Notes under the pieces: generated by a model
What the model was told of the DNA's origin: nothing
The model's database searches: none
Seen by the model: the letters and a program-made list of their open reading frames with translations, nothing else
Program-made: the position numbers and the translations under genes
Assembly: GCF_006345805.1 (NCBI RefSeq)
Contig: NC_043005.1
Span: 108,686,001 to 108,750,000 of the forward strand
Direction: 5' to 3'
From: Octopus sinensis
Lineage: Eukaryota
DNA length: 64,000 nucleotides
Part shown: positions 26,266-38,548 of the stretch, in pieces
Numbering within the stretch: the stretch's first letter is position 1
Layout of the letters: every line of letters starts with the position of its first letter

Positions 26266-26577
26266 TCTAAAAAGGCCTGCAGGGTTCAGGGACACTGCCC
26301 TCCTACCTCTCGACCCAAAACAAATGTGACAACTGATTGATAACAGTTACAACTGATATTATATTGCGAAGCAAATCAGGTGAAACAAGCATAAAACATC
26401 TTGGGTTTCCTGATCTCTTTCTTTTATGGTTATATCTACCTTGATAGGACTCTCTTATATGTTAAATAAAACCATAACTGTATTTTATACATACATGCAC
26501 TTCCACTAACAGATTCTAAAGTGTCTCTTTCTACATATGTGTGCATGTGTCTATATGTATATATATATATATATATA

Positions 26578-26634
<57 letters not shown>

Positions 26635-26899
26635 ACATATGTACATTTATATATGTGTGTGTGTGTGTGTGTCTATATGCATATATACATATCTATATAT
26701 GTGTGTATATATACATATATAAATACATATATGCATGCATATGTATATATGCATATATATATGTATGTGTGTATATATATATATATGCATATATGTTTTT
26801 CTATCTATCTATATATGTGTGTGTACATATATATGCATACACATATATACACACAAATGTACAAACACACATGTGCATAAATGCACACCATACAAACAT

Positions 26900-27230
26900 G
26901 CATACATACATACATACATACATACATACATACATACATACATACATACACACATACATACATACATACATACATACATACATGCATGCATGCATGCATG
27001 CATACATACAATACATACATACATACATACGTACATACATACATACATACATACATACATACATAATACATACATACATACATACATACATACATACATA
27101 CATACTACATACATACATACAACATACATACATAATACTACATACATACATACACACATACATACATACATACATACATACATACATACATACTACATAC
27201 ATACATACATACATTACATACATACATATG
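26900..27230. repeat. (TACA)n tetranucleotide microsatellite
   Basis: Direct inspection; source of the HTYI/MYVC ORFs. Confidence 0.95.
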
Positions 27231-27711
27231 TATATAAATGTCTATATACATTCAAAGAAGAAATACAAGAAGAAAGAAAGTAAAGTTGTGTGGAAACAGA
27301 AAGACAGGAATGAGAGAGAAAGAAAAAGAAAGTGAGAAAAGGAGAAAGACAAAAAGTTGGAGAGAGAGAGAGAGAGAGAGAAAGAGAAAGAGAGAGGCAG
27401 AGACAGACAGACAGACAGCTTTATTATATCACTGAATAAATATGTGAATCATACGAAATTTTTTCTGTAGTAATAAAGGATTTAAACAAGCGTACACAAA
27501 ACAAAGTAAATGAAAACATTAAAAAATAAACAAAAAAAAGAAACACACAAATCCAAAAATAGCAAAACTGAAAAGAAAATAACAAAAAATAAATATAACT
27601 GAAAAACAAAAAGCTAAATATCAAAACTCAAAAATGAAATATAAAAACAGCAAAAATTATATAAAAATAAAATAAAATAATTATATAAAAAAAATGGTCC
27701 AAACAAAATAC

Positions 27712-27783
27712 CCTGATTTCCAATCAATAGTGTGTAATTCCAGAGAGATTGCAAGTCCATTTCCAAACATATCCATCAATTGT
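27712..27783 (-). CDS. Candidate 72-nt phase 2-2 internal exon (xQLMDMFGNGLAISLELHTIDWKSG), unknown product
   Basis: Acceptor gattttctttaccttatag; donor GG|gtattt; one frame is open across the exon; unique non-repetitive sequence. Confidence 0.4.
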
Positions 27784-28077
27784 CTATAAGGTAAAGAAAA
27801 TCACCTTTGACTTTACAATGAAATCATGCATATCTAGTTGCACTATTCACATGATGTGCACATATGCTGCAAATCTCCGAGATAAAATACTCCTTCTATA
27901 TTGAAAGTAGGTGGAGTTCATTTTGTACAATGGTTTGCTTTTGAGGAGACTAATTCTAAAGCTTTGTTGGTTGAATGTAGCTTTTTAGTAATTTTTTTTT
28001 GTCTAATATATTTTAATTATATGTATATGTATATACACATATGCATACATACATGCATACATATGTACATACATACA

Positions 28078-28115
<38 letters not shown>

Positions 28116-28308
28116 CATATACACATACATATATAAATATATGTGTGTTTATGTATATCAATATAAATATATATATATATACATATATATATATGTATCT
28201 ATCTATCGATCTATATATATATATTTTTTTTTTCTAGTTTCAGCTCAGAGCTGTGGCCATATATATATATATGTATGTTTGTATGTATATATATATGTAT
28301 GTACGTAT

Positions 28309-28360
<52 letters not shown>

Positions 28361-28364
28361 ATAT

Positions 28365-28587
28365 GCATATACAGTGAGTTATTCTTCATTTAGATAACTT
28401 GTAATGTACTCTGTTGAGTTCATGTGAGACTAATGGCGTACATGCGCACGTACTCACATGCACATATACAAGCACCCATTACACGTTTGTGTATGTATGT
28501 GTGCGTATGTTTATGAGTGTGTGGACATATATCATCAGCATCATCATCACCACCACCACCACAATCATCATCATCATCATCACCACC

Positions 28588-28640
<53 letters not shown>

Positions 28641-29434
28641 AATCACCACCATCATCATCATCATAATCGCCACCACCACCACCACCACCATCACCATCAC
28701 CATCATCATCATCATTTTATCTCTGCTGTCTATGCTAGTATTAGTTAGAAAGATTGTCTGAGATGGGGTCAGCATATATTTGGGAGTACTGCTCACCTAG
28801 CTGGGTTGAGGAGGGGAACAACTCATCTTGCCAACTTTTCATTCTTGCTTTGTTTCTATGGATGGATGCCTTTCCTAAGAGTAACCACTTTCCAGTGTAT
28901 TGGGTGTTATTTTCCATGGCACCAGCATTAGTGACATAGCTTGTTCTCAACAAAACTGAAAGCCTCACACGCTCACACTTTACAGTTTATGCAGTCTGTG
29001 GGATAGGATAATAGGCAGTGCAGGAGAGGCGGGTGAAGGAGGCCTGGACTTTAAACAGTCAATGGTCTCCTCTATGTGTATAAAAATATTTTATACACTC
29101 TTATACATAGGAGGAGACCATGAATGACCATGCTATTGCATCTAGAAAGTTACCCTTCAAGGCACAAGTCCAGGCAAGGTTGTTTATAGAAGGTCAGCAG
29201 TCGCCCATGCATACCACTAATGTTATCCAAGGGAAAGGCAAAGGCTGATACAGCTTGGCACCAGTGACATCGCAACTCATTTCTACAGCAGAGTGAACTG
29301 GAGCAACATGAAATAAAGTGTCTTGCTCAAGAATACAACCTGCAACCTGGTCCGGGAATTGAACTCACAACCTCACGATAGTAAGCTCGATGCTCTAACC
29401 ACTGAGCCATGTACCTTCACAACTCATATATATA

Positions 29435-29476
<42 letters not shown>

Positions 29477-29524
29477 GTATATATATATATATACACACAT
29501 ATATATATGCATATATATATATAT

Positions 29525-29565
<41 letters not shown>

Positions 29566-29800
29566 TATATATATATGCATATACAGTGAGTTATTCTTCA
29601 TTTAGATAACTTGTAATGTACTCTGTTGAGTTCATGTGAGACTAATGGCGTACATGCGCACGTACTCACATGCACATATACAAGCACCCATTACACTTTG
29701 TGTATGTATGTGTGCGTATGTTTATGAGTGTGTGGACATATATCATCAGCATCATCATCACCACCACCACCACACAATCATCATCATCATCATCACCACC

Positions 29801-29853
<53 letters not shown>

Positions 29854-30646
29854 AATCACCACCATCATCATCATCATAATCGCCACCACCACCACCACCA
29901 CCATCACCATCACCATCATCATCATCATTTTATCTCTGCTGTCTATGCTAGTATTAGTTAGAAAGATTGTCTGAGATGGGGTCAGCATATATTTGGGAGT
30001 ACTGCTCACCTAGCTGGGTTGAGGAGGGGAACAACTCATCTTGCCAACTTTTCATTCTTGCTTTGTTTCTATGGATGGATGCCTTTCCTAAGAGTAACCA
30101 CTTTCCAGTGTATTGGGTGTTATTTTCCATGGCACCAGCATTAGTGACATAGCTTGTTCTCAACAAAACTGAAAGCCTCACACGCTCACACTTTACAGTT
30201 TATGCAGTCTGTGGGATAGGATAATAGGCAGTGCAGGAGAGGCGGGTGAAGGAGGCCTGGACTTTAAACAGTCAATGGTCTCCTCTATGTGTATAAAAAT
30301 ATTTTATACACTCTTATACATAGGAGGAGACCATGAATGACCATGCTATTGCATCTAGAAAGTTACCCTTCAAGGCACAAGTCCAGGCAAGGTTGTTTAT
30401 AGAAGGTCAGCAGTCGCCCATGCATACCACTAATGTTATCCAAGGGAAAGGCAAAGGCTGATACAGCTTGGCACCAGTGACATCGCAACTCATTTCTACA
30501 GCAGAGTGAACTGGAGCAACATGAAATAAAGTGTCTTGCTCAAGAATACAACCTGCAACCTGGTCCGGGAATTGAACTCACAACCTCACGATAGTAAGCT
30601 CGATGCTCTAACCACTGAGCCATGTACCTTCACAACTCATATATAT

Positions 30647-30689
<43 letters not shown>

Positions 30690-30720
30690 GTATATATATA
30701 TATATACACACATATATATA

Positions 30721-30730
<10 letters not shown>
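28365..30730. repeat. Near-identical tandem duplication, period ~1212 bp
   Basis: Anchor GCATATACAGTGAGTTATTCTTC at 28365 and 29577; only a few small indels differ; junctions lie in (TA)n. Confidence 0.95.
29115..29420 (-). mobile_element. tRNA-derived SINE, family D (further copies ~18285-18404, 30328-30635, 43955-44290, 57760-58098)
   Basis: Minus-strand head GAAGG..CATGGCTCAGTGGTTAGAGC..GAGTTC; core CTTGAGCAAGACACTT..TTGCTCCAGTTCACTC. Confidence 0.8.
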
Positions 30731-30765
<35 letters not shown>

Positions 30766-31261
30766 ATATATATATATGCATATATATATATATACACACA
30801 CACATATATATACATACACATACAAATACATATATATGCGCACATATACATACGACTATTGCAAAGACGAACAAGCATTGTGAATCAAATCCTTTGATTT
30901 ATTAAAAATTTTACTCAAGTTTTGCCCACTGAAAATTGAACTCATATTGCAGACTTCGCTTGTTGGAACTTTATTATGGTACTAAGACATTCACATTTGG
31001 CTATCTTCACAGTTAGGTAAATTGGCAAGATCTATAGTAAAGGTGGAAGTGTTACGAAAACTATTTCTTTGAATATTTTAATTTATTCTTGCTTGTAGTT
31101 GTTGTTGTTTTTGTTGTTGTTTAGCTTCTGGCCAGCCTTGATTCAGCAGATCAATGGTCAAAATCATTCTATCCATACCTACACTTGCTGGCTTTTCCAG
31201 ACATAGTGAATGTAAAAATCATGTGATCTTGGTTTCAATACCTTTAAAAGGGCTGAGTATA

Positions 31262-31630
31262 TTATAGTTTTGAAAAGAGGTACACCATGCCCCTGAATGT
31301 CATGTCAGCTAAAAGAGCTGATATCAGGAAAGGCCTCAGAACCAAAATGCAAATATATGGGAAACTACCACCTGTGTCATCTCTTGCGAAAGGTAGAAGA
31401 GTCCAGTTTGCTGGACATTGTTGTAGAGCTGAAAATGAGGTAATTTCTATTCTTCTCCTCTGGAAGCCATCTGTTCGCGATACCAGAGGGTGCACACTCT
31501 TCTACCCTGATGTAATCTCCAGGGATACAGGCATCCAGCAGCAGGACCTCCGTAATGCTATGATGGACCGTGAAGTCTGGCATAGCATGGTAAATTCCAT
31601 TGTCTCGACCAGGGTCGAACAATGATGATG
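31262..31630 (+). mobile_element. RTE-like LINE 3' fragment with (TGA)n tail
   Basis: RRVQFAGHCCRAENEVISILLLWKP...NAMMDREVW, then stop and TGATGATGA. Confidence 0.7.
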
Positions 31631-32299
31631 ATCAGGTCATAAAACACTCCCTCAAAAAAAGGTTCATCCAAGCTATACCAGTTATAAGAGTGGGAATAAA
31701 AATGTTGATGATGATGATAAAAAGGAGGAGTAGGAGGAATAGAAGGAGTACATGTGTTCACTGCAAATTAAGTTGTAAGTAATGGGAAAGGGAAAAAGTG
31801 TTATTTGAGGTAGATTTGGTAACTATTTCTAACTAATCAATCATACTGGAGTGTCTATCATTGGTCGAAATAGTTCAGTATGGTCCATGTTTATCTGTTA
31901 TATTTTATTCCAACCAGTAATGGCATTAAAGAAGACAAAGGTCACAGAGTTGATAGATTCTCTCCTTTTGTAAATCTGATGACTTCTACACTTTTAAGAA
32001 ATAACAGAGAGCCTTTACATGCTAACAGGAACTGTTAGAAATAATAGCTGCATCTACCTCAAATTACATTATGACATTTTAAAATATGAAGGACACAATG
32101 GGAAGTTTAGGTCTAACATGAAATATGGAGTTAGGTGCTTACAACTGGAACATTTTTCATGATAAACCTGCTGGATTCAATTCTAATATGATTAGAACTT
32201 CCAAATTCAGAAACCTAAAAGTAAATACAAACAAGAATTTCTTGTATTTCTCTGCAGAATCAAACAGCTTCACATAAACGGATATCTCCTTTCTTATAT

Positions 32300-32354
32300 T
32301 TAATGGCACCATTTACATTTACATTTTCCATTTCCAAACATTTTAATAAGACTG
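32300..32354 (-). CDS. Candidate phase-2 exon similar to 27712-27783 (xSLIKMFGNGKCKCKWCH*)
   Basis: Pyrimidine tract plus ctgcag acceptor; shares a 15-nt identity with the 27783 exon at the same offset from the AG. Confidence 0.2.
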
Positions 32355-32910
32355 CTGCAGATTCTCAGAAAAGAAGGAAAATCCTTGGATTTAACAATTC
32401 TAGGATTCAAATATTCGAGCGGGGAAGGAGGGATTGATGAAAATCTGCATTTTTTCTTTATTTTCTACAGATTTATTCATATATATATATATTTTATTGT
32501 TAATATTATTTTTATTTTATTAAATATCTGTTTTATCTTTTAGATATTTTACTTGTTTATATTACTTATCTGGAGTTTACTTCCAGAATATTCTCAGATT
32601 AATCTAAACCTTTTCTTCACTAAAATATTAACACCTGTCACATTATTTTCTATCAACAACACATTCTGTATGACTCAATAAATATTTTTCAGTGAAAATA
32701 TTTTTTTTTCCAGTCAGATGATTTAGCAAGAAGACTGGAAGAATTTTCACACATTTTTATTATTCTTTTTAATCTTTAGAGTCATATTTCTCTTTCCTTC
32801 TCTTTCCTTTTCTTTCTTTCATAATATCTTTAGTATTATTATCTTTCGTATTTATGTACCTTCAAAGTTTCGAATTATCACTATTCATTGACAATTTTTC
32901 CGCAACCTAC

Positions 32911-32959
32911 CAGAATTGACAGTTATCAATGATAAAAATTATTTTTCCTTTCCACTGTT
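32911..32959 (-). CDS. Candidate 49-nt phase 1-2 exon (xQWKGKIIFIIDNCQF-TG)
   Basis: Acceptor tgtcatgtttgtttcag; donor CTG|gtaggt; only one frame is open. Confidence 0.35.
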
Positions 32960-33075
32960 CTGAAACAAACATGACACCCAGCTTAGAGAGAGAATGAAAT
33001 ATAAATTCTCTGATATATTTTGAATATATATATATATATATATACACTCATATATATATATATATATATACACTC

Positions 33076-33108
<33 letters not shown>

Positions 33109-33156
33109 TAGATATATATATATATATATATATATATACTTATATATATATATATA

Positions 33157-33197
<41 letters not shown>

Positions 33198-33775
33198 TAT
33201 ATATACTTATATATATATATAAATATACGTATTCAAATATACATATGCATGCATATAAGTATGTATTATACACACACACACACACATACATGCAGAAATA
33301 TATTTATATGCATGCATGCATGGATATTAAAGGTAAGTAACAGCACTTTTCCACATAGTAATCTAAAATAGCAAACTGGAACTAAATTTTGAACAAATGA
33401 AATTATAAGTATCAGGAAAAATAAAGTAATCAGCATTAATGAAAATGACGATGATATAGAGCAAGGCAGACCAGTCTCAAATGTTGACTTAACCTCTAAG
33501 ATTAAAGGGCAACATGCAGTGGAGAATGTGTCTGATTTTGCCATTAGAGAGATAACTCCGAACATGTTTCAGTCTTTTTATGCCACAACAGCAACACAGA
33601 TAACATCTAATCACCACAATAAATGGATGATTTTAAGAATATAAAATCATTTCTGTGCATATGTGAAAACAAACCCCTTGTTAGCCAAATATAATTAATA
33701 TAATGAAACTGTTATATTCAATATTTTATTAAATATTTTCCAAATTTTAGTTTATATATACATACATATATATAT

Positions 33776-33825
<50 letters not shown>

Positions 33826-34234
33826 ATTGTGAAATTTGATTTAGTATTTCTAAATTGAATTTTTTCTGTAAGTTAGGAATAATATTCCCTCAAATAATTA
33901 TATATATATATAGTTGGAATTTACAAAAAACAAAACAAAAAACCAAACAAAAGATGGGTGTGTAAACAACAAACAGATGTATTAGTTTAACACCCAGGAA
34001 GTGAGAAAGTCTTTTACGTTTCGAGCCTACGCTCTTCAACTGGAAGAAACACAGAATTAAGCAGAGGGAGAAAATAAAAAAGGTTTAGTGGCTAGCGATC
34101 AATCATGATGATTATATACATATATACATATATAAACATATAGGGATTGTTCGTAGAAATACATAAATCCAGAGGAGAAGCACACTCTAAGATGTAGAGC
34201 AGTTGATATCATAGTGAGGTAGGCTGGTTTATGT

Positions 34235-34413
34235 GGTTACCCTGGGTTTCTCACGCATAAGGGGTTTAGCTTCATGGTGCAGCTTCAAACCCCAAACACT
34301 TAAAAGAGACTGGCCTGAGAACTCTTTTAGAGAGGTCTCAGACCAGCAGTGTTTGGGATCTGAAGATATACCATAAGGCTAAACCCCTTATGAGCGAGAA
34401 ACCCAGGGTAACC
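34235..34413. mobile_element. Fold-back MITE-like element (~180 bp)
   Basis: GGTTACCCTGGGTTTCTC...GAGAAACCCAGGGTAACC; complementarity extends over most of the length. Confidence 0.75.
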
Positions 34414-35125
34414 CTATACACCAGTGTACTCAACCATATGTATTCACATATATCTTTTATTTTTTTACTTATTTCAGATTTTGGGACATTGGGCTGTGTC
34501 TGTGCAGGGGCACAACCTTGAAGGATTTCATTCATCCAGTTGAATGCAGTACTAATTTTTAAAACTTGGTCCTTATTTCAAAGGACTCTTATGCCAAAGC
34601 TCTAAGTTGCAGGGATGTCAAGATAAGTGAGTGGATAAGAAACACCAGCACCATGATACACATACACTTACACACAAATGCACATATGTACACACACACA
34701 TTTAATATTTATATATGTCTATATATATATCATCATCATCACCATCATCATCGTTTAACGTCCACTTTCCATGCTAGCATGGGTTGGACGGTTCAACTGG
34801 GGTCTGGGAAGCCAGAAGGCTGCACCAGGCGCACTCTGATCTGGCAGTGTTTCTACAGCTGGATGCCCTTCCTAACACCAACCACTCCGTGAGTGTAGTG
34901 TGTGCTTTTTTACATGTATATATATATACATACATGTGTGTGTAAACAAGTATAAATAAGAGCAAAAAGAAAAATGTTTCTTTGCCAATATGCTGTAAAA
35001 TAGACGCTAAATCATCTAAATAGATAAAATATTTTCACTTGTATTATTACACCATGTGTAATACCTTAAAAGGTATTTTTCATACACTGGCCACTGACAA
35101 ACATTTTTTAATAAAATTTTATCTG

Positions 35126-35550
35126 TAGGCGCAGGAGTGGCTGTGTGGTAAGTAGCTTGCTAACCAACCACATGGTTCCGGGTTCAGTCCCACTGCGTGG
35201 CATCTTGGGCAAGTGTCTTCTGCTATAGCCCCAGGCCGACCAATGCCTTGTGAGTGGATTTGGTAGACGGAAACTGAAAGAAGCCTGTCGTATATATGTA
35301 TATATATGTATGTATGTGTGTGTGTGTGTTTGTGTGTCTGTGTTTGTCCCCTCCTCCAGCATCTCTTGACAACCGATGCTGGTGTGTTTACGTCCCCGTC
35401 ACTTAGCGGTTCAGCAAAAAGAGACCAATAGAATGAGTACTGGGCTTACAAAGTATAAGTCCCAGCGTCGATTTGCTCGACTAAAGGCGGTGCTCTAGCA
35501 TGGCCGCAGTCAAATGACTGAAACAAGTAAAAGAGTAAAAGAGTAAGAGT
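35126..35550 (+). mobile_element. SINE family A copy
   Basis: Full-length match. Confidence 0.85.
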
Positions 35551-35705
35551 ATATTAGAAGTATATATATATATATATATATACTGTGCATCATTAGAGAA
35601 CTTTTGAAGTCTGCTTACAATCTAACTTTGCTTTTTATAGAACTCTCTTTGATACTTCATGAGTGTAGCCTCACCCCCTAGGATGTTTGGAAAACTCATA
35701 TGTGT

Positions 35706-35794
35706 TTTGGCTGATGAGTACGGGGCAGTTGTATTTGCTGCAATATTTGCAGCTTTTAATAAAGCTGTTCTTCGTATGAAACAATTGTACTGAA
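35706..35794 (+). ncRNA. Type I hammerhead ribozyme motif with complete core
   Basis: CTGATGA 35711-17; stem II GTACG/CGTAT extended by GGGCAG/CTGTTC; GAAA 35778-81; palindromic stem III CAATTG; GTA triplet; stem I TTTGG/CTGAA with wobbles. Confidence 0.7.
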
Positions 35795-35823
35795 CAACTA
35801 ATCCATTCTTGTTGCTTTTTTCT

Positions 35824-35859
<36 letters not shown>

Positions 35860-36143
35860 TGTATGTATGTGTATACACATGCATATATAAATGTGTAGCT
35901 CTTAGTAATTATTATTTACAGTGGCTTAAATTAAATGGTGTTATTATTGATTTTTTGCTTTATGTCCTGTATCTTAGTGGCTTGACAAATAGAGGAAGAT
36001 ACAACAAATACCTGACAGATATAAGTCCTGGTGTTTATGTGGTTAGTGGCAACCTTTGGCAGAGCTATGATCACAGTCCACAGAATGAAACCAGTATAAT
36101 AAAAGAAAGAATACCTATACGTGTGTGCATGTATATATATATA

Positions 36144-36700
36144 CGAGCAAAACGCCCCCCGCCCCCATCCAATGGACGGTGCTGAATCATATCAGCTGAA
36201 TAAAAAGCAATCAGTGTTATCTTTTCATTAAAAAATAGTTAAGCATGCATTAATTTCATTAAAATTTTTGGTTTTGTTAACCGAAGTTAAGGCAAAAAAA
36301 ACTTCTTGAGAAACCAAATAGTCTTTCCTTCCTTCATGCCAAGTTTGAAGAAAATATCTCTTTGCATCTTACTTTTTTGGTCTCTTAAATATACTGCATT
36401 TTGTGGCATTATTTCAGCCAGCTGGCTTTTTTTACGCAAACTGCACGTGCATTTTCCTTGTGTATGCGTAGTATCGATTGCAACACCTAATGTACTTGCA
36501 CATACAAATGCACGTTCCCACGGCTTAATCGATCGCATTCTCACCTGGAATCGATTTTTGTAATTTTTTCAAGATTTATACATGCCCTGATACCGTCGGT
36601 ATCTTCATATAAAATTTGAGCGCAATCGGATGGAGGATGCCCGAGATCCTAGAAGACACTCACACAGACAGAACGGATTTTATATAATATATATATAATG
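36144..36700 (-). mobile_element. Probable non-autonomous Helitron-like element
   Basis: Terminal hairpin CCATCCA-A-TGGACGG near a degenerate CTAG (CTCG) end; other end is TATA-rich as in 23120-23520. Confidence 0.45.
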
Positions 36701-36706
36701 AGAGGG

Positions 36707-36777
<71 letters not shown>

Positions 36778-37033
36778 CAAATAGATAGATAGATAGATAG
36801 ATAGATAGAGAGAGAGAGCAAGAGAGAGAAAGAGAGCGAGATGAATATCTATATATATACATACACATAAAAGCACATGCATATACATGCTTGTATATGT
36901 ATATAGCAAGTTTTGCAGTTTGCTTGAAGCTTTCCAGAATATGTAGAAATTCAGCGTGTTATAGGCAGCGATAGCAATGCAGAAAGAATGCTAAATATCA
37001 AAAATAACTATAACAAAGATATGAAAATGTTAC

Positions 37034-37085
37034 CTTAGAAATATTTGCTTAGTCCTGTTTTGAGTTAAAAATGCCTTTTCAACAG
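37034..37085 (-). CDS. Candidate 52-nt phase 1-2 exon (xVEKAFLTQNRTKQIFL-AG)
   Basis: Long pyrimidine tract plus taaag acceptor; donor AAG|gtaaca; only one frame is open. Confidence 0.35.
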
Positions 37086-37114
37086 CTTTAAAGAACAAGA
37101 GAAAGATAGAAGAG

Positions 37115-37149
<35 letters not shown>

Positions 37150-37199
37150 TATGTTACATGACCATTTTGTTGTATCAGATCCTTGTGTGTCGTAATAGA

Positions 37200-37790
37200 A
37201 TTACCATGTGTTGAAAGGTGTAGAAATTTGGGGCTGTGGTTTGCGTTCCATGATCTAAGTGTCAGGTTGAGGTGATATATGTATGAGGAAGAAGTGGATC
37301 AAATATTGTGAATCATGATATTCATATTATCCACTGCACTCATTCAAATCAAGTCAGCTGTTACTCGGTGTTTTATTTTTTTTCTATCAGAATAGCTTTT
37401 TTTTTATCCGTAAGTGATATTGTGGTCTATAGCTGTCCTCTTCATGTTCCGATATTTTTTTGACATGTTTCTTTTGAAAGATGATGAGAGTGTGTTGAGA
37501 TGCTCTTTAATTCAGATATGCAATGTAGCTGAATTATGCTAGCAGTGTAACATTCATTGAATTTAGCACACTAGATCTAATATACTATCATGAGGATTCT
37601 GCTTGTATACTGTTCATGCTTTGTTGAAGGGTGGGAAAATATCACTAGAAGGTGTTGTAGTTCACGTCTCCCTTCTCTTTAAGCATAAAAATTAGTGTGT
37701 GTAGGATTTTTCTTAGTTTAGTGGATAAACACTTTCCTTGTATGGACAGGTACACTAAAACTTTTTATACATTATATCTCAAGAGTTTCC
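37200..37790 (-). mobile_element. Penelope-like GIY-YIG endonuclease fragment (degenerate)
   Basis: LHI*IKEHLNT...SSF...HNI motif; the stop is consistent with a CGA to TGA change. Confidence 0.5.
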
Positions 37791-37879
37791 TTTAGGTCTA
37801 CACCCAATGTGAAAAAGCTATTGGTAGGTAGACCCACACTTGAGACAGAGGTAGGATGCACATGTAGAGGTAACACCAC

Positions 37880-38060
37880 ATGTCCCCCTTAATGACCACT
37901 GTAACATGGAAACAGTACTACATGAGGCAGAGCTAGCATCAAAAGGCCTAAATGGGCAACCAAATATGTGGAACAGATTCAATAACCATAGGTCCCCTTT
38001 CAATATCTTGGACAGATGAAATGCTACAGCCCTGGCCAGGAACATATGGTCGTTAAAGAA
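37880..38060 (+). mobile_element. Penelope-like GIY-YIG fragment, second subfamily
   Basis: RFNNHRSPFN...NATALARNIWSLK resembles the RYNNHKSSF...NATALSKYIW pattern. Confidence 0.5.
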
Positions 38061-38092
38061 AAGTACTACTGAGTACAGAATAAAGTAGAAAA

Positions 38093-38324
38093 GAATGGCA
38101 AGCTGGCAGAATCGTTAGCACGCTGAGCAAAATGCTTATCCGTATTTCGTCTGCCATTACATTCTGAGTTCAAATTCTCCCGAAGTTGACTTCGCTTTTC
38201 ATCCTTTCAGGGTCAATAAATTAAGTACCAGTTACACACTGGGGTCAATGTAATCAACTTAATCCCTTTGTCTGTCTTTGTTTGTCCCCTCTATGTTTAG
38301 TCCCTTGTGGGCAATAAAGAAATA
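38093..38324 (+). mobile_element. SINE family B with 16-bp TSD
   Basis: TSD AGAATAAAGTAGAAAA at 38077-92 and 38325-40. Confidence 0.92.
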
Positions 38325-38492
38325 AGAATAAAGTAGAAAATCTTTAGAAAAGTGCAATGCTTATTTTAATTGCAGAAGAAAGTGCAGGTTATGTTTAACT
38401 GAGTAAAAAAACCATGTTAAAAAACTTAAACTGCAGAAGTGACATTTCTAGGCATTGCCCACATGAAAGAACATGTATTTGATCATGCTTAC

Positions 38493-38548
38493 GAGCCCCA
38501 TCCTTACTATCACCAGTTCTCTATCATCAACTTTTTCACCACCATATG
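38493..38548 (-). CDS. Candidate 56-nt phase 1-0 exon (xYGGEKVDDRELVIVRMGL)
   Basis: Acceptor cttttttttgggttctcag; donor CTC|gtaagc (alternative ATA|gtaagg at 38508); only one frame is open. Confidence 0.3.

Noticed and set aside
28458-29961. Duplicated His-rich peptide gene
   Set aside because: (CAT/CAC)n microsatellite inside a tandem duplication.
30914-30927. 14-nt microexon TGGGCAAAACTTGA (minus strand)
   Set aside because: Too short to distinguish from chance, and it introduces a stop when joined after the 32911 exon.
36002-36056. Minus-strand exon with a CAG|gtattt donor
   Set aside because: It overlaps a decayed SINE-like tail sequence, so it is probably a pseudo-exon.
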